A stretch of 64,000 nt of DNA from Slackia sp. Its GTDB lineage: Bacteria; Actinomycetota; Coriobacteriia; Coriobacteriales; Eggerthellaceae. The notes under the pieces are model-generated. The model was not told the origin of the DNA. It saw nothing but the letters and a program-made list of their open reading frames with translations, and searched no databases. The translations under genes were made by a program, and so were the position numbers. This document shows positions 9,187 through 18,374 of this stretch, piece after piece; the first letter of the stretch is position 1, and the number at the start of each line of letters is the position of its first letter. The stretch covers positions 59,748 through 123,747 of the forward strand of contig JAUNBA010000004.1 of NCBI GenBank assembly GCA_030527325.1, given 5' to 3'.

Positions 9187-12100
9187 ATGGCAGATTTCGA
9201 AACCGTCAGAACCGATAGCGTCATGCCCGTCGTGCGCGCCGCCGCGCAGGCCAAAGAGGTCAAAGAGGCGAAGGCGGCGAAATCGAAAGGCCGCGCCAAG
9301 GCGAAATCCTACATGCAGAACCGCGAGCTTTCCTGGCTCTCGTTCAACGAGCGCGTGCTCGATCAGTCGATCGACCCGGCCGTGCCGCTGCTCGAACGCA
9401 TGAAGTTCATCGCCATCTGGCGCTCCAACCTGCAGGAGTTCTTCATGGTGCGCGTGGGAAGCCTGCTCGACCTGGAGCTTGCCAAAGAAACGGTGTACGA
9501 CAGCAAAACGGGCATGACGCCCGCCGAGCAGCTCGAGGCCGTGTATGCGCGCGTGCGCGAGCTGACGCCGCAGGTTTCCGAGGACTTCCGCACGGTGCGC
9601 CACCAGCTCGAGGCGCAGGGCATCCACCAGCTGTACCCCGACGAGCTTTCGCCCAAGCAGCACGACCAGCTCATGCAGTACCTGAAAACGAACGTGCTGC
9701 CGCTGGTATCTCCCCAGATCGTGAACGCCACGCACCCGTTTCCGCATCTCGAAAACGGCGCGCTGTACATCGCCGTGCGCCTGGACGACCTGCCCGAGGA
9801 AAACATCGCGGCCATGTCGAAGGACCGCCGCAAGGAATACCGCGCCAAGGCCGCCGAAGACGTGGTGATGGGCATCATCCCCATGCCGCTGAACTGCCCG
9901 CGCACCATCAAGCTGGAAAGCGAGGGCGGCGGGTATTCGTTCATCCTGCTTGAGCACGCCTTGGAAATGGTGGCCGACCGGATCTTCAGCATGTATCCAG
10001 TCAAGCACGCCAACGTCATCCAGGTCACGCGCAACGCCGACTTGGACACCTACGAGGAATCCGACGAATACGACGAGGATTTCCGCAGCCACATGAAGCG
10101 CATCCTGAAAAAGCGCAGTCGGCTGGCCGCGGTGCGCCTGGAAAGCGAACGGCCGCTGTCCAGCGTGACCGAGCGTTTCTTGGCCAAGCGCTTGGGACTC
10201 AAGCGCAGCCAGATCTACACCGTGGGGCTGCCGCTCGATATGGGCTACGCGTTCGCTTTGCCCTCCATGGTAGGTCCCGAGCTGGCCGAGCCGTTCGTTG
10301 ACGAACCCGCCAGCCCGCAGTGGCCTGCCGAGCTGGTGCGCGGCAAGAGCATCATCGACCAGGTGCTGCAAAAAGACGTCATGCTGTCGTATCCGTACGA
10401 GACCATGGACGCGTTCGTGCATCTGCTGCAGGAGGCCGCGGTCGACCCCGACGTGCTTTCCATCAAGATCACGCTGTATCGCCTGGCCAGCCAGTCGCGC
10501 CTTGCCGAAGCCCTGATCACGGCCGCCGAAAACGGTAAAGAGGTCACGGCGCTGTTCGAGCTGCGCGCGCGCTTCGACGAGAGCAACAACATCGAATGGT
10601 CGCAGCGTTTCGAGCAGGCGGGCTGCAATATCATCTACGGCTTCCGCGATTTCAAGGTGCACAGCAAGATCTGCGCCATCACGCGCCGCTCGGACGAGGG
10701 CCTGCAGTTCATCACCCAGCTGGGCACGGGCAACTACAACGAGAAGACGGCCAAGCTCTACACCGACCTGTCCATGATCACCGCCGATCCCGAAATCGGC
10801 CAGGATGCGGCCATGTTCTTCCGCAGCATGCAGCTTGAAAGCGCCACGGACGCGTACCAGACGCTCATGGTGGCGCCGCTGATGATCAAACAGAATCTGT
10901 GCAAGTTCATCGACGGGGAAATCCAGAAGGCGCAGGCGGGCATGCCGGCCGAGATCGTCATGAAGACCAACTCGGTCACCGACCGCGACATCATCGAGAA
11001 GCTGGCCGAGGCGAGCCGCGCGGGCGTGAAAGTGACCATGCTGGTGCGCGGCATCTCCTGCCTGGTGCCGGGCGTGCCGGGCGAGACCGAGAACATCCGC
11101 GTGGTCAGCGTGGTGGGTCGCTTGCTCGAGCATTCGCGCATCTACGTGTTCGGCGCGGGCTACGACAAGAAGGTCTATCTGTCGAGCGCCGACCTGATGA
11201 CGCGCAACCTGGACAAGCGCGTGGAGATCGCCTGGCCCGTCAAGGATCCCGATCTGCGCGAGAAGGTGCTCGATTACTTCAAGACCATGCTGTCCGACAC
11301 CGCCAAGCTGCGTGAGCTGCGGCCCGACGGCACCTATACGGAACTCGGCTATTTCGTGCCGCGCAACCCCGATGGCACGTTTGCGGCCAAGCCGTTCGAC
11401 GCGCAGGACCACCTGATCAAGGAGGCGTACGTCTCCGCCGAGCGTGCGCCGCGCGCGACAGGCCCCAACCTGGTCATGCACGGCCGCCTGTCCACTCAGA
11501 TCGAGGCGTTGGCCGAAGAGGCGCATGACGACCTGGTCTTCGAGCGCGAGGCCGCGCGCGAGGCGTCCTCGATCGATATGGAGATGGAAACGCAGCCGGT
11601 GCGCTACGAGGGCAAGCATGCCGCCCGCCGCGTCGAACCGACGCAGCCCGATTCTGCGCCGACGCGTGCGGATGCGTCCGCGACGCCTTCGGAGAAGCCT
11701 GCGGCGCGCGATGCCGTTTCCGAGCATGCGGCTTCTACCGAGGCGCGCGATGCCGAGTCCGCGTCCGCGGCTTCTGCCGAGGTGCTTGACGCGCGTGGGG
11801 ACGAGCCGGTCGTAGGCGCCCACGGCGTTTCGGCGACGCGTGCGGATGGGGCCGGCAAGGCCGGCGCTGCCGTCGCTTCCGCTGCGCCGAAGCCGGCTGA
11901 AGGCGCGGATGCGCAGGGCGACGTTGCCGTTTCCGCCGCGCCGGAGGAGGCGGCGGACGACGACGCGCACGGCGATGACGCTGCTGCGTCCGATGTTTTG
12001 CTGTCCGAAGCCGCCCTCGCCGCGCAGCCCGAGCGTCGCGAGGATGCGCCTCAGGCGGCGAAGTCCGATGTGACGATCGACGGCGATTTGCCGAAAGACC

Positions 12101-12270
12101 CTGCGTCGCCCGTGCGTCCTGCGTATCCTGCGGCCTCGCACTCCGAGGCGTCGTACGCGCCGCCCGTGGGCTTTCCGTCGGACGATTTGCCCGATCGCCG
12201 CGTCGAGGCGCGCTCGGTCGATATGCCGCAGAAAAAAGGCCTGTTCGCCCGTTTGTTCGGCAGGCATTAG
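9187..12270 (+). CDS. ppk1: Polyphosphate kinase 1 with long C-terminal extension
   Basis: NRELSWLSFNERVL, ELRARFDE, KVHSK, TGNYN, LEHSRIY and SADLMTRNL motifs. GAGGAGG RBS. Confidence 0.95.
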   Translation: MADFETVRTDSVMPVVRAAAQAKEVKEAKAAKSKGRAKAKSYMQNRELSWLSFNERVLDQSIDPAVPLLERMKFIAIWRSNLQEFFMVRVGSLLDLELAKETVYDSKTGMTPAEQLEAVYARVRELTPQVSEDFRTVRHQLEAQGIHQLYPDELSPKQHDQLMQYLKTNVLPLVSPQIVNATHPFPHLENGALYIAVRLDDLPEENIAAMSKDRRKEYRAKAAEDVVMGIIPMPLNCPRTIKLESEGGGYSFILLEHALEMVADRIFSMYPVKHANVIQVTRNADLDTYEESDEYDEDFRSHMKRILKKRSRLAAVRLESERPLSSVTERFLAKRLGLKRSQIYTVGLPLDMGYAFALPSMVGPELAEPFVDEPASPQWPAELVRGKSIIDQVLQKDVMLSYPYETMDAFVHLLQEAAVDPDVLSIKITLYRLASQSRLAEALITAAENGKEVTALFELRARFDESNNIEWSQRFEQAGCNIIYGFRDFKVHSKICAITRRSDEGLQFITQLGTGNYNEKTAKLYTDLSMITADPEIGQDAAMFFRSMQLESATDAYQTLMVAPLMIKQNLCKFIDGEIQKAQAGMPAEIVMKTNSVTDRDIIEKLAEASRAGVKVTMLVRGISCLVPGVPGETENIRVVSVVGRLLEHSRIYVFGAGYDKKVYLSSADLMTRNLDKRVEIAWPVKDPDLREKVLDYFKTMLSDTAKLRELRPDGTYTELGYFVPRNPDGTFAAKPFDAQDHLIKEAYVSAERAPRATGPNLVMHGRLSTQIEALAEEAHDDLVFEREAAREASSIDMEMETQPVRYEGKHAARRVEPTQPDSAPTRADASATPSEKPAARDAVSEHAASTEARDAESASAASAEVLDARGDEPVVGAHGVSATRADGAGKAGAAVASAAPKPAEGADAQGDVAVSAAPEEAADDDAHGDDAAASDVLLSEAALAAQPERREDAPQAAKSDVTIDGDLPKDPASPVRPAYPAASHSEASYAPPVGFPSDDLPDRRVEARSVDMPQKKGLFARLFGRH

Positions 12271-12389
12271 GGCTGCTTCGCGGCGCGGCGGCCCGCCAGC
12301 TCATCGTCGGAGACGCGCAGCTCGAGCGTTTCCGTCTCGACGTCGATGGCGATGACGTCGCCCTCTTTGACAAGCGCGATGGGGCCGCC
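12267..12389 (-). pseudogene. Remnant of the C-terminus of dihydroxy-acid dehydratase (IlvD/Edd family)
   Basis: GGPIALVKEGDVIAIDVETETLELRVSDDELAGRRAA matches the family C-terminal motif. The rest of the gene is absent. Confidence 0.7.
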
Positions 12390-12623
12390 CGTCGCGCGGG
12401 CGCGCGTGGGATGCCTGCGCGGCGGCTGCGCATGGGGCGTTTGCATGCGCCGGCGGCAGCTGCGCACGGGACGTTCGTGCCCTCTGACGCCAGCTGCGCG
12501 CCTCGCCGTCGCGGCAACGTTTCGTTTTGGCAACCATCGTCCGTGAAGATTGCGTGAAGCGGTTTTCCGGAGTACCATCATGGTTCGAGAAAATGGGCAT
12601 TAAGCCTCAAGGAGGATGAGGAA

Positions 12624-12740
12624 ATGGAACTGTTCGGAATGCATGTTCCCATGGCGGTCATTTGGATCGTCGCCGCCATCGTGGTCATCATCGTCGTCGC
12701 GTTCATCGTGAAGGGCTTCATCGAGGAAATGAAGAAGTAG
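12624..12740 (+). CDS. Small 38-aa single-TM membrane protein
   Basis: Not in the ORF track. MELFGMHVPMAVIWIVAAIVVIIVVAFIVKGFIEEMKK, with AAGGAGG/GAGG RBS and host-like GC3 codons. Confidence 0.75.
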   Translation: MELFGMHVPMAVIWIVAAIVVIIVVAFIVKGFIEEMKK

Positions 12741-12869
12741 CCCGCTCGGTTTATCGCGCGTTATCGGGAGCGGCGTCGCGGCGTAATGCTGCGGCGCCGT
12801 TCTTGCACTATTTGGGCAAAATGCCGCGCTGCGCGTTTTCTCGGGCGCGCTTTTCTTTATGATTGCCGT

Positions 12870-14099
12870 ATGAGAAAACGCAATGACATTCCTTACGGCC
12901 CGCGCGCAGGCGCGGGTGCCCATGCGGCGCCGTCCGGCCGCCATGCCGCTTCGCCATCCGGCCGCCGCGCCGGTGCGTCCGCGCCTTCCGGCGGGCGTAC
13001 TGCCGCCTTTTCGGGCCGGCGCGACGCTGCGCCATCGGATCGCGCCCCCATGCCTTTTGACCAGCGTACCGCCGCCGCTTCCGGCCGCTGCTCCGACGGG
13101 CCTTCCGACAGGCGCGCTGCTGCTCCTTCGGACCGCCGCGTCAATGCCGCAGCGCCTGCGCCTGCGCGTCCGACGTCCGCGTATGTTCGTCCCGATGTCG
13201 CGCCGTACGCTGGCGCTCCGGGCGTTTTTTCCGCCGATGACGCGCAGGCCTATGCCCGCGCGCGCTACGGGGCGGCCGCCCATGGGCTGCAGGCGGGGAA
13301 TGCCTCGCGCCGCCGCGCGGGTGCAAAAAGCCCGTTTTGGACCGCGGTGCTCGTGATCGCGCTGCTCGTGCTGACGGCGAGCATCGGGCTGCTCGGCGTG
13401 ATCGGCTACGGCTATTGGCACGGCAGCAAGGTGTATGACGACATCGCCCAGCAGGCGTTTCCCGCTAAAGAGGCCGATGCTTTGGCGTCGTTCACGATCG
13501 ATTGGGATGCGCTCGTCGCGCAAAACCCCGATACCGTGGGTTGGATCTACATGCCCGGCACCAGCATCGATTACCCCATCGTGCAGGGCGACACCGACGA
13601 GGAATACCTCGAAAAGGATTTCACCGGCGATGCGGGGGGCCTGGTGCACAAGGGCGCCATTTTCCTTTCGGCGGAAAACGCGGGCGATATGTCCGATCAG
13701 AACAACTTCATCTACGGCCACAATATGAACGACGACACCATGTTCGCCCACGTGCTGCAGATGGCCGATCAGCAGGCGTTCGATGCGGCGCGCACCTTTT
13801 ACGTGTTCACGCCCGCGTGCAATTATCGCTGCAGCACGTACGCGCTCGACGTGGTGGATGCGACGGAGACGTCCATTCTGCAATTCGGGTTCGCGAGTCA
13901 TGACGACCTGAGCGCTTATATGGCGCAGCGCATGGAGGCCTCGCGCGTCGCCGTGCCCGCCGATGCGGACACGGCATCCGCCGAGAAGCTGTTCACGCTC
14001 ATTACCTGCGGCGACGATTACGCGGCGACGCGCGCGGTGCTGTTCGGCTCCGTGGTCGAAAGCGCCGTTCCCGCGAATGCGCCAGCGTCGGGTGCTTAG
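12870..14099 (+). CDS. srtB: Class B sortase with long N-terminal low-complexity region
   Basis: NPDTVGWI, IDYPIVQ, IYGHNM and TLITC...R motifs, plus one TM anchor. Start site is uncertain. Confidence 0.88.
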   Translation: MRKRNDIPYGPRAGAGAHAAPSGRHAASPSGRRAGASAPSGGRTAAFSGRRDAAPSDRAPMPFDQRTAAASGRCSDGPSDRRAAAPSDRRVNAAAPAPARPTSAYVRPDVAPYAGAPGVFSADDAQAYARARYGAAAHGLQAGNASRRRAGAKSPFWTAVLVIALLVLTASIGLLGVIGYGYWHGSKVYDDIAQQAFPAKEADALASFTIDWDALVAQNPDTVGWIYMPGTSIDYPIVQGDTDEEYLEKDFTGDAGGLVHKGAIFLSAENAGDMSDQNNFIYGHNMNDDTMFAHVLQMADQQAFDAARTFYVFTPACNYRCSTYALDVVDATETSILQFGFASHDDLSAYMAQRMEASRVAVPADADTASAEKLFTLITCGDDYAATRAVLFGSVVESAVPANAPASGA

Positions 14100-14325
14100 T
14101 CGCCCGCTTGTCAGCGTCTCGCTCGTTCGCGCGGCGGCGTTTCGCTGCGCTATCGCACGACCTTGCGCGGCCGGGCGCGCCGCCGCAGGGCGGACGTCCG
14201 GCCGCGCTTTTTTTCGTATCGGGGTTTTGTACATATATGGCGATGGAGCCGTTTCCGTGTCATCATGGAAGGAAGCTTAAAAACACGACGCGTCTTGCAT
14301 GCGCCGCGGAATGAAAGGGAGACAC

Positions 14326-15375
14326 ATGACTCAGGTAACTTATGCCGATGCCGGCGTCGATATCGAAGAGGGCGCTGCGGCCGTAGACGCCATCAAAGAC
14401 GCGGTGCATTCGACGTATCGCCCCGAGGTTATCGGCGACATCGGAGGTTTCGGCGGTCTGTTTTCCGCCGCGGCCATGAAGGATATGGAAGACCCCATTC
14501 TCATTTCCGGCACCGACGGCGTGGGCACCAAGCTCAAGGTGGCCCAGCTCATCGGCAAGCATGACACCGTGGGCATCGACCTTGTGGCCATGTGCGTCAA
14601 CGACATTCTGGCCTGCGGCGCCGAGCCGTTGTTCTTCCTCGATTACATCGCCATCGGCAAGTTGCGCAAAGAGCACGTGGCCGACGTCGTGGGCGGCATC
14701 GCCGACGGCTGCCGTCAGGCGGGCTGCGCTCTGATCGGCGGCGAGATGGCCGAGCATCCGGGCGTCATGGATCCCGATGATTACGACCTGTCCGGCTTCT
14801 GCGTGGGCGTGGTCGATCGCCCGAAGATGATCGGCCCCGACAAGGTTGCCGAAGGCGACGTGGTGGTGGGCCTGCGCTCCAGCGGCTTCCATTCCAACGG
14901 CTACTCGCTCGTCCGCAAGGTCATGGTGGAGGGCAAGTCCGCCGACGATCTGGCTGCGACCGACGAGCGCCTGGGCGGCAAGACCGTGGGCGAGGCGCTG
15001 ATCGAGCCTACGCGCATCTACGTCAAGCCGGTGCTTTCCTGCCTGCGCAAGCTGCCCGGGGCCGTGCATGCGCTCGCCCATATCACGGGCGGCGGCATGA
15101 CCGAGAACCTGAACCGCGCGCTGCCCGAGCACCTCGACGCGCTGGTCAATCCCGCGAAGTGGGAGGTTCCGGGCATCACGCAGATGGCCGTCGAGACCGC
15201 GGGCCTTTCCGAGCAGGAAGCGCTCAAGACTTTCAACATGGGCATCGGCATGGCTCTCATCGTGGCCGCCGACCAGGTGGATGCCGTCATCGAGCAGCTC
15301 AAGGCCGCAGGCGAGGATCCGTGCGTCATCGGCGAGATCGTGGCCGGCACGGGCTGCGTTGCCTACCCCGCGTAA
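14326..15375 (+). CDS. purM: Phosphoribosylformylglycinamidine cyclo-ligase
   Basis: TYADAGVDI, TDGVGTK, GIDLVAMCVND, HSNGYSL and TFNMGIG motifs. Confidence 0.97.
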   Translation: MTQVTYADAGVDIEEGAAAVDAIKDAVHSTYRPEVIGDIGGFGGLFSAAAMKDMEDPILISGTDGVGTKLKVAQLIGKHDTVGIDLVAMCVNDILACGAEPLFFLDYIAIGKLRKEHVADVVGGIADGCRQAGCALIGGEMAEHPGVMDPDDYDLSGFCVGVVDRPKMIGPDKVAEGDVVVGLRSSGFHSNGYSLVRKVMVEGKSADDLAATDERLGGKTVGEALIEPTRIYVKPVLSCLRKLPGAVHALAHITGGGMTENLNRALPEHLDALVNPAKWEVPGITQMAVETAGLSEQEALKTFNMGIGMALIVAADQVDAVIEQLKAAGEDPCVIGEIVAGTGCVAYPA

Positions 15376-15910
15376 CGGCGCGGCATAGTCGGGCCTGGGA
15401 GGGCTGCGTCCCGCTCCCCGGGTTCGATGCAGGGAAGCGAAGCGTCGCGTATGCGGCCTTCGCTTTCTTCGTTTCGGCGTGCGGTGACGTCGGTCCTGCC
15501 GATGCCTTGGGCAAGTCGGCGCGGCGCGCCGTCGAAGCCCTGGACCGGCGGCGGTGACGGGGCGTGTTGCGGTGTCGGCCGCCTGTCGCCCGCGGCGATC
15601 TTGGGTCGGTCGGCGGGCGCGGCGAATTCATCGCGTTCGGCGCTGGCAATGGGGTTCGATGCTGGCGCGGCGAAGCCCATTGTGGCAGGCGGCGGTGTCC
15701 GCCGCAGCGATTCGGCTTGCGCCATTGGTTCGGTTGCGGCCGTCGCGGCAATGCGGGCGTATCGGCCGTGCGACGTCGAGGATTGTTTCGGCATCGGGCT
15801 GGCGGCGGCCTTGGACCGGCGGCGGTTCTGGATCGCCGACGGGGCGTGTTGCGATGTCGGCAGCCTGTGCCGGCAGCCGCTTGCGCCAGCAAAATATGCG
15901 CCGCGGTCCA

Positions 15911-16050
15911 TTTTTTGCGGCTATGGCACAAGATGGACGCGCGAGCTTCGTGACGCCTGCAAACGACCTGGGGAAACGCCGACTCGATTGCGAAAATGCA
16001 GTCGAAGAAGCGCTAAAATGCGCCGTGTTCGTGCCATACCCGCAAAAAAA
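15911..16050. repeat. Inverted-arm dispersed element, copy 1 (spacer 101 bp)
   Basis: TTTTTTGCGGCTATGGCAC (15911-15929) and GTGCCATACCCGCAAAAAAA (16031-16050). Core ACGACCTGGG at 15963. Confidence 0.85.
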
Positions 16051-16373
16051 CCCGAGCGAGCTTGTTTTCGTGTGCATAAGGGGTTTTGGCGGGCAACGAA
16101 GCGGATGCGCCGCATCACCGGCTGCTCGGGCGACACGTTACGGGTCGGTGGGCGATACATCACGGCCCGTTCGGACGACGCATCGCGAATCGGCGGGCGA
16201 CACGTCGCGGGCCGTTCGGGCGGCGCGATATTATGCCATGCGGAACGGCCGCGGTCGCAAGGGCGATTCTGCGTCTTGGCGATGCTGCGACGCCGTCGCG
16301 ATTCGGCGAAGCGAAAATGAAGGGAATGCTCGACCCCCTCGCCGGGGCGAGCGGTTGCGAAGGAGGAAGCGCC

Positions 16374-16982
16374 ATGGCGCTGAAGATCGGTGTTCTCATT
16401 TCGGGTTCGGGGTCGAACCTGCAGGCGATTATCGACGAAATCGAAGCGGGCCGCCTCGATGCGGAAATCCGCGTGGTCATTTCGAGCCGTCCCGATGCGT
16501 ACGGCCTCGTGCGCGCGAAGGAGGCGGGCATCCAGACGGTGGCGCTTTCCAAGGACGTTTACGCCGATGCCGACATGGCCAACGAGGCTATCGCCTCCGA
16601 GCTGGTGCATGCCGGCTGCGAGTACGTGGTCATGGCGGGCTACATGCGCAAGGTGACCGACGCCATCCTGGCCGCCTTCCCCGACCGCGTGCTCAACCTG
16701 CATCCGGCGTTGCTGCCCTCGTTCAAAGGCGCGCATGCCATCGCCGACGCCTACGAGGCCGGCGTGAAGGTGACGGGCGTCACCGTGCATTTCGCCAACG
16801 CCGAATACGACAAGGGACCCATCGTCGCGCAGCGTGCGGTTGAGATCGCCGAGGACGACACCGTCGAGACGCTCGAGGCCAAGATCCACGAGGTCGAGCA
16901 CCGGCTGTATCCGCAGGTGCTGCAGATGATCGCCGAGGGCCGCGTGCAGGTGGGCGCCGACCGCAAGGTGCATATCTCCTAA
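16374..16982 (+). CDS. purN: Phosphoribosylglycinamide formyltransferase
   Basis: ISGSGSNLQA, NLHPALLPSFKG and TGVTVH...DKGPI motifs. AAGGAGG RBS. Confidence 0.97.
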   Translation: MALKIGVLISGSGSNLQAIIDEIEAGRLDAEIRVVISSRPDAYGLVRAKEAGIQTVALSKDVYADADMANEAIASELVHAGCEYVVMAGYMRKVTDAILAAFPDRVLNLHPALLPSFKGAHAIADAYEAGVKVTGVTVHFANAEYDKGPIVAQRAVEIAEDDTVETLEAKIHEVEHRLYPQVLQMIAEGRVQVGADRKVHIS

Positions 16983-17219
16983 GAAGGCGTGTCGCCGCAG
17001 CCCGCTATCGCAAGGCGGTCTGCCTGGAACGAAGATGCCGCCCTCGTTTCCCTCGTCCAGGAAACGGAGACAGTTCGATTGCGGTGCTTGCAATGCGCGC
17101 GTGCTGCTTTATTCTTGTTGCAGGATAAAAGCGGAGCCGCGCACGCGGCTCTGCGTGCGGCGCATGCGCGGGGTTTCGCGCGGCGCCGCGTAGATGGGTG
17201 ATTCACGAAAGGAACCGTT

Positions 17220-18200
17220 ATGCGTAAAGAGACGCTTCTGGCCATCGCCGCCGACCTGCGCGCGGGGCGCGCCGTCGAGCTGTCGCCGGTCGATTTCCCC
17301 TGCTTTTCCGCCGAGGCGGCCGAGTCCGACGCCCGCACGTCTCCCGAAGCGCTGGCGCGCATTTCCGCCAGCTTGACGGCCGAAGACGCCTGCGTGTTCG
17401 AGCGCGCCGCCCGCGCCATCGACGAGGGCGATCTGGCCTGGATCGGCTTCAAGGTGGTCGAAGACGCGGCCGTCGCCGTGACCAACGTCGATAACGAGGT
17501 CACGAAGAAGTACGGCGACGTCGGCAGCGCCGACGGTCGCGACCTGGTGTTTTTCTGCAACGACGCGAAAGAGGCCGTGGCCGCCCGCCCGTATTCCGAT
17601 CGCGATTTCTTCCAGATGAAAGACGTCACGCGCGGCCCGTCCATGCATAACGACCAGTTCGACGGTCTCACGTGGACGTCGGTGCCGCTGTTCGATGCGG
17701 TGAAGGTGTGGCTTCTGGGCGCGTCCGACGTGGCGGTCGAGACGGCGGTGCTTGCGCGCCACGTGGGCTTCGAGGTCGAAGTGGTCGACGACGACGCCTC
17801 CTTCCTTAACGAGGAGCGCTTCCCGCAGGCGAAGCGCACGCTTATCGACTCGTTCGACGATTTGGCCGGCATGCAGGCCGACGCATCCGATTACGTGTGC
17901 GTGGTGACGCGCGGCCACATGCACGACCCCGAAGGCTGCGTGTGGGCCAGCAAGCAGGGCGTGCATTACGTGGGCATGATGGGCTGCAAGGGCAAGAACA
18001 GCCGCGTGCACGACCTGTGTCTCGAGGCGGGCATGACCGAGGAGCAGTGGGAGGCCGTCAAGCGTCCCATCGGCTTGAAGTTCGGTGCGAAGACGCCTGC
18101 TGAGCTGGCTATTTCCATCGTCGCCGAGCTGGTTGACGTGCGCTACAAGCAGCGCTACAGCCAGGAGGCGCGCGACAAGCACGAAAACGGCCTCTGGTAG
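17220..18200 (+). CDS. XdhC family Moco-enzyme maturation protein (Rossmann domain, atypical N-terminus)
   Basis: VVTRGHMHD, YVGMMG and PIGLKFGAKTPAELAISIVAE motifs. Confidence 0.85.
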   Translation: MRKETLLAIAADLRAGRAVELSPVDFPCFSAEAAESDARTSPEALARISASLTAEDACVFERAARAIDEGDLAWIGFKVVEDAAVAVTNVDNEVTKKYGDVGSADGRDLVFFCNDAKEAVAARPYSDRDFFQMKDVTRGPSMHNDQFDGLTWTSVPLFDAVKVWLLGASDVAVETAVLARHVGFEVEVVDDDASFLNEERFPQAKRTLIDSFDDLAGMQADASDYVCVVTRGHMHDPEGCVWASKQGVHYVGMMGCKGKNSRVHDLCLEAGMTEEQWEAVKRPIGLKFGAKTPAELAISIVAELVDVRYKQRYSQEARDKHENGLW

Positions 18201-18374
18201 CGCGCCTGCCGCGCGGGGCTTGCGGCCGCATGCTGCAGTGCGATATTGCGCGGATTCGCGATAATTTGCCGGTTAATGCACGCCTTTGTATGCGCGGGCC
18301 GGCGCCGCCGCGCTACTATGGAGGGGCAAACGGCATGCGGCCATGGGGCCCATAGAGCAGGAAGGAAAAGCAGG

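Noticed and set aside
9160-12267. 1035-aa minus-strand ORF, and similar long antisense ORFs such as 4742..6811, 38248..41391 and 51289..53268
   Set aside because: Shadow ORFs of real genes in high-GC DNA, with no recognisable motifs or RBS.
15554-16320. ORFs across the inverted-arm elements sharing peptides such as FCGYGT and FVPYPQK
   Set aside because: The peptide similarity just reflects the DNA arms. Frames are inconsistent between copies and there are no start signals.
18200-18374. ZMP/ZTP riboswitch upstream of purH
   Set aside because: No GACUGGCG or CGCCUGGG signature, and a -10-like TACTAT leaves only a short leader.
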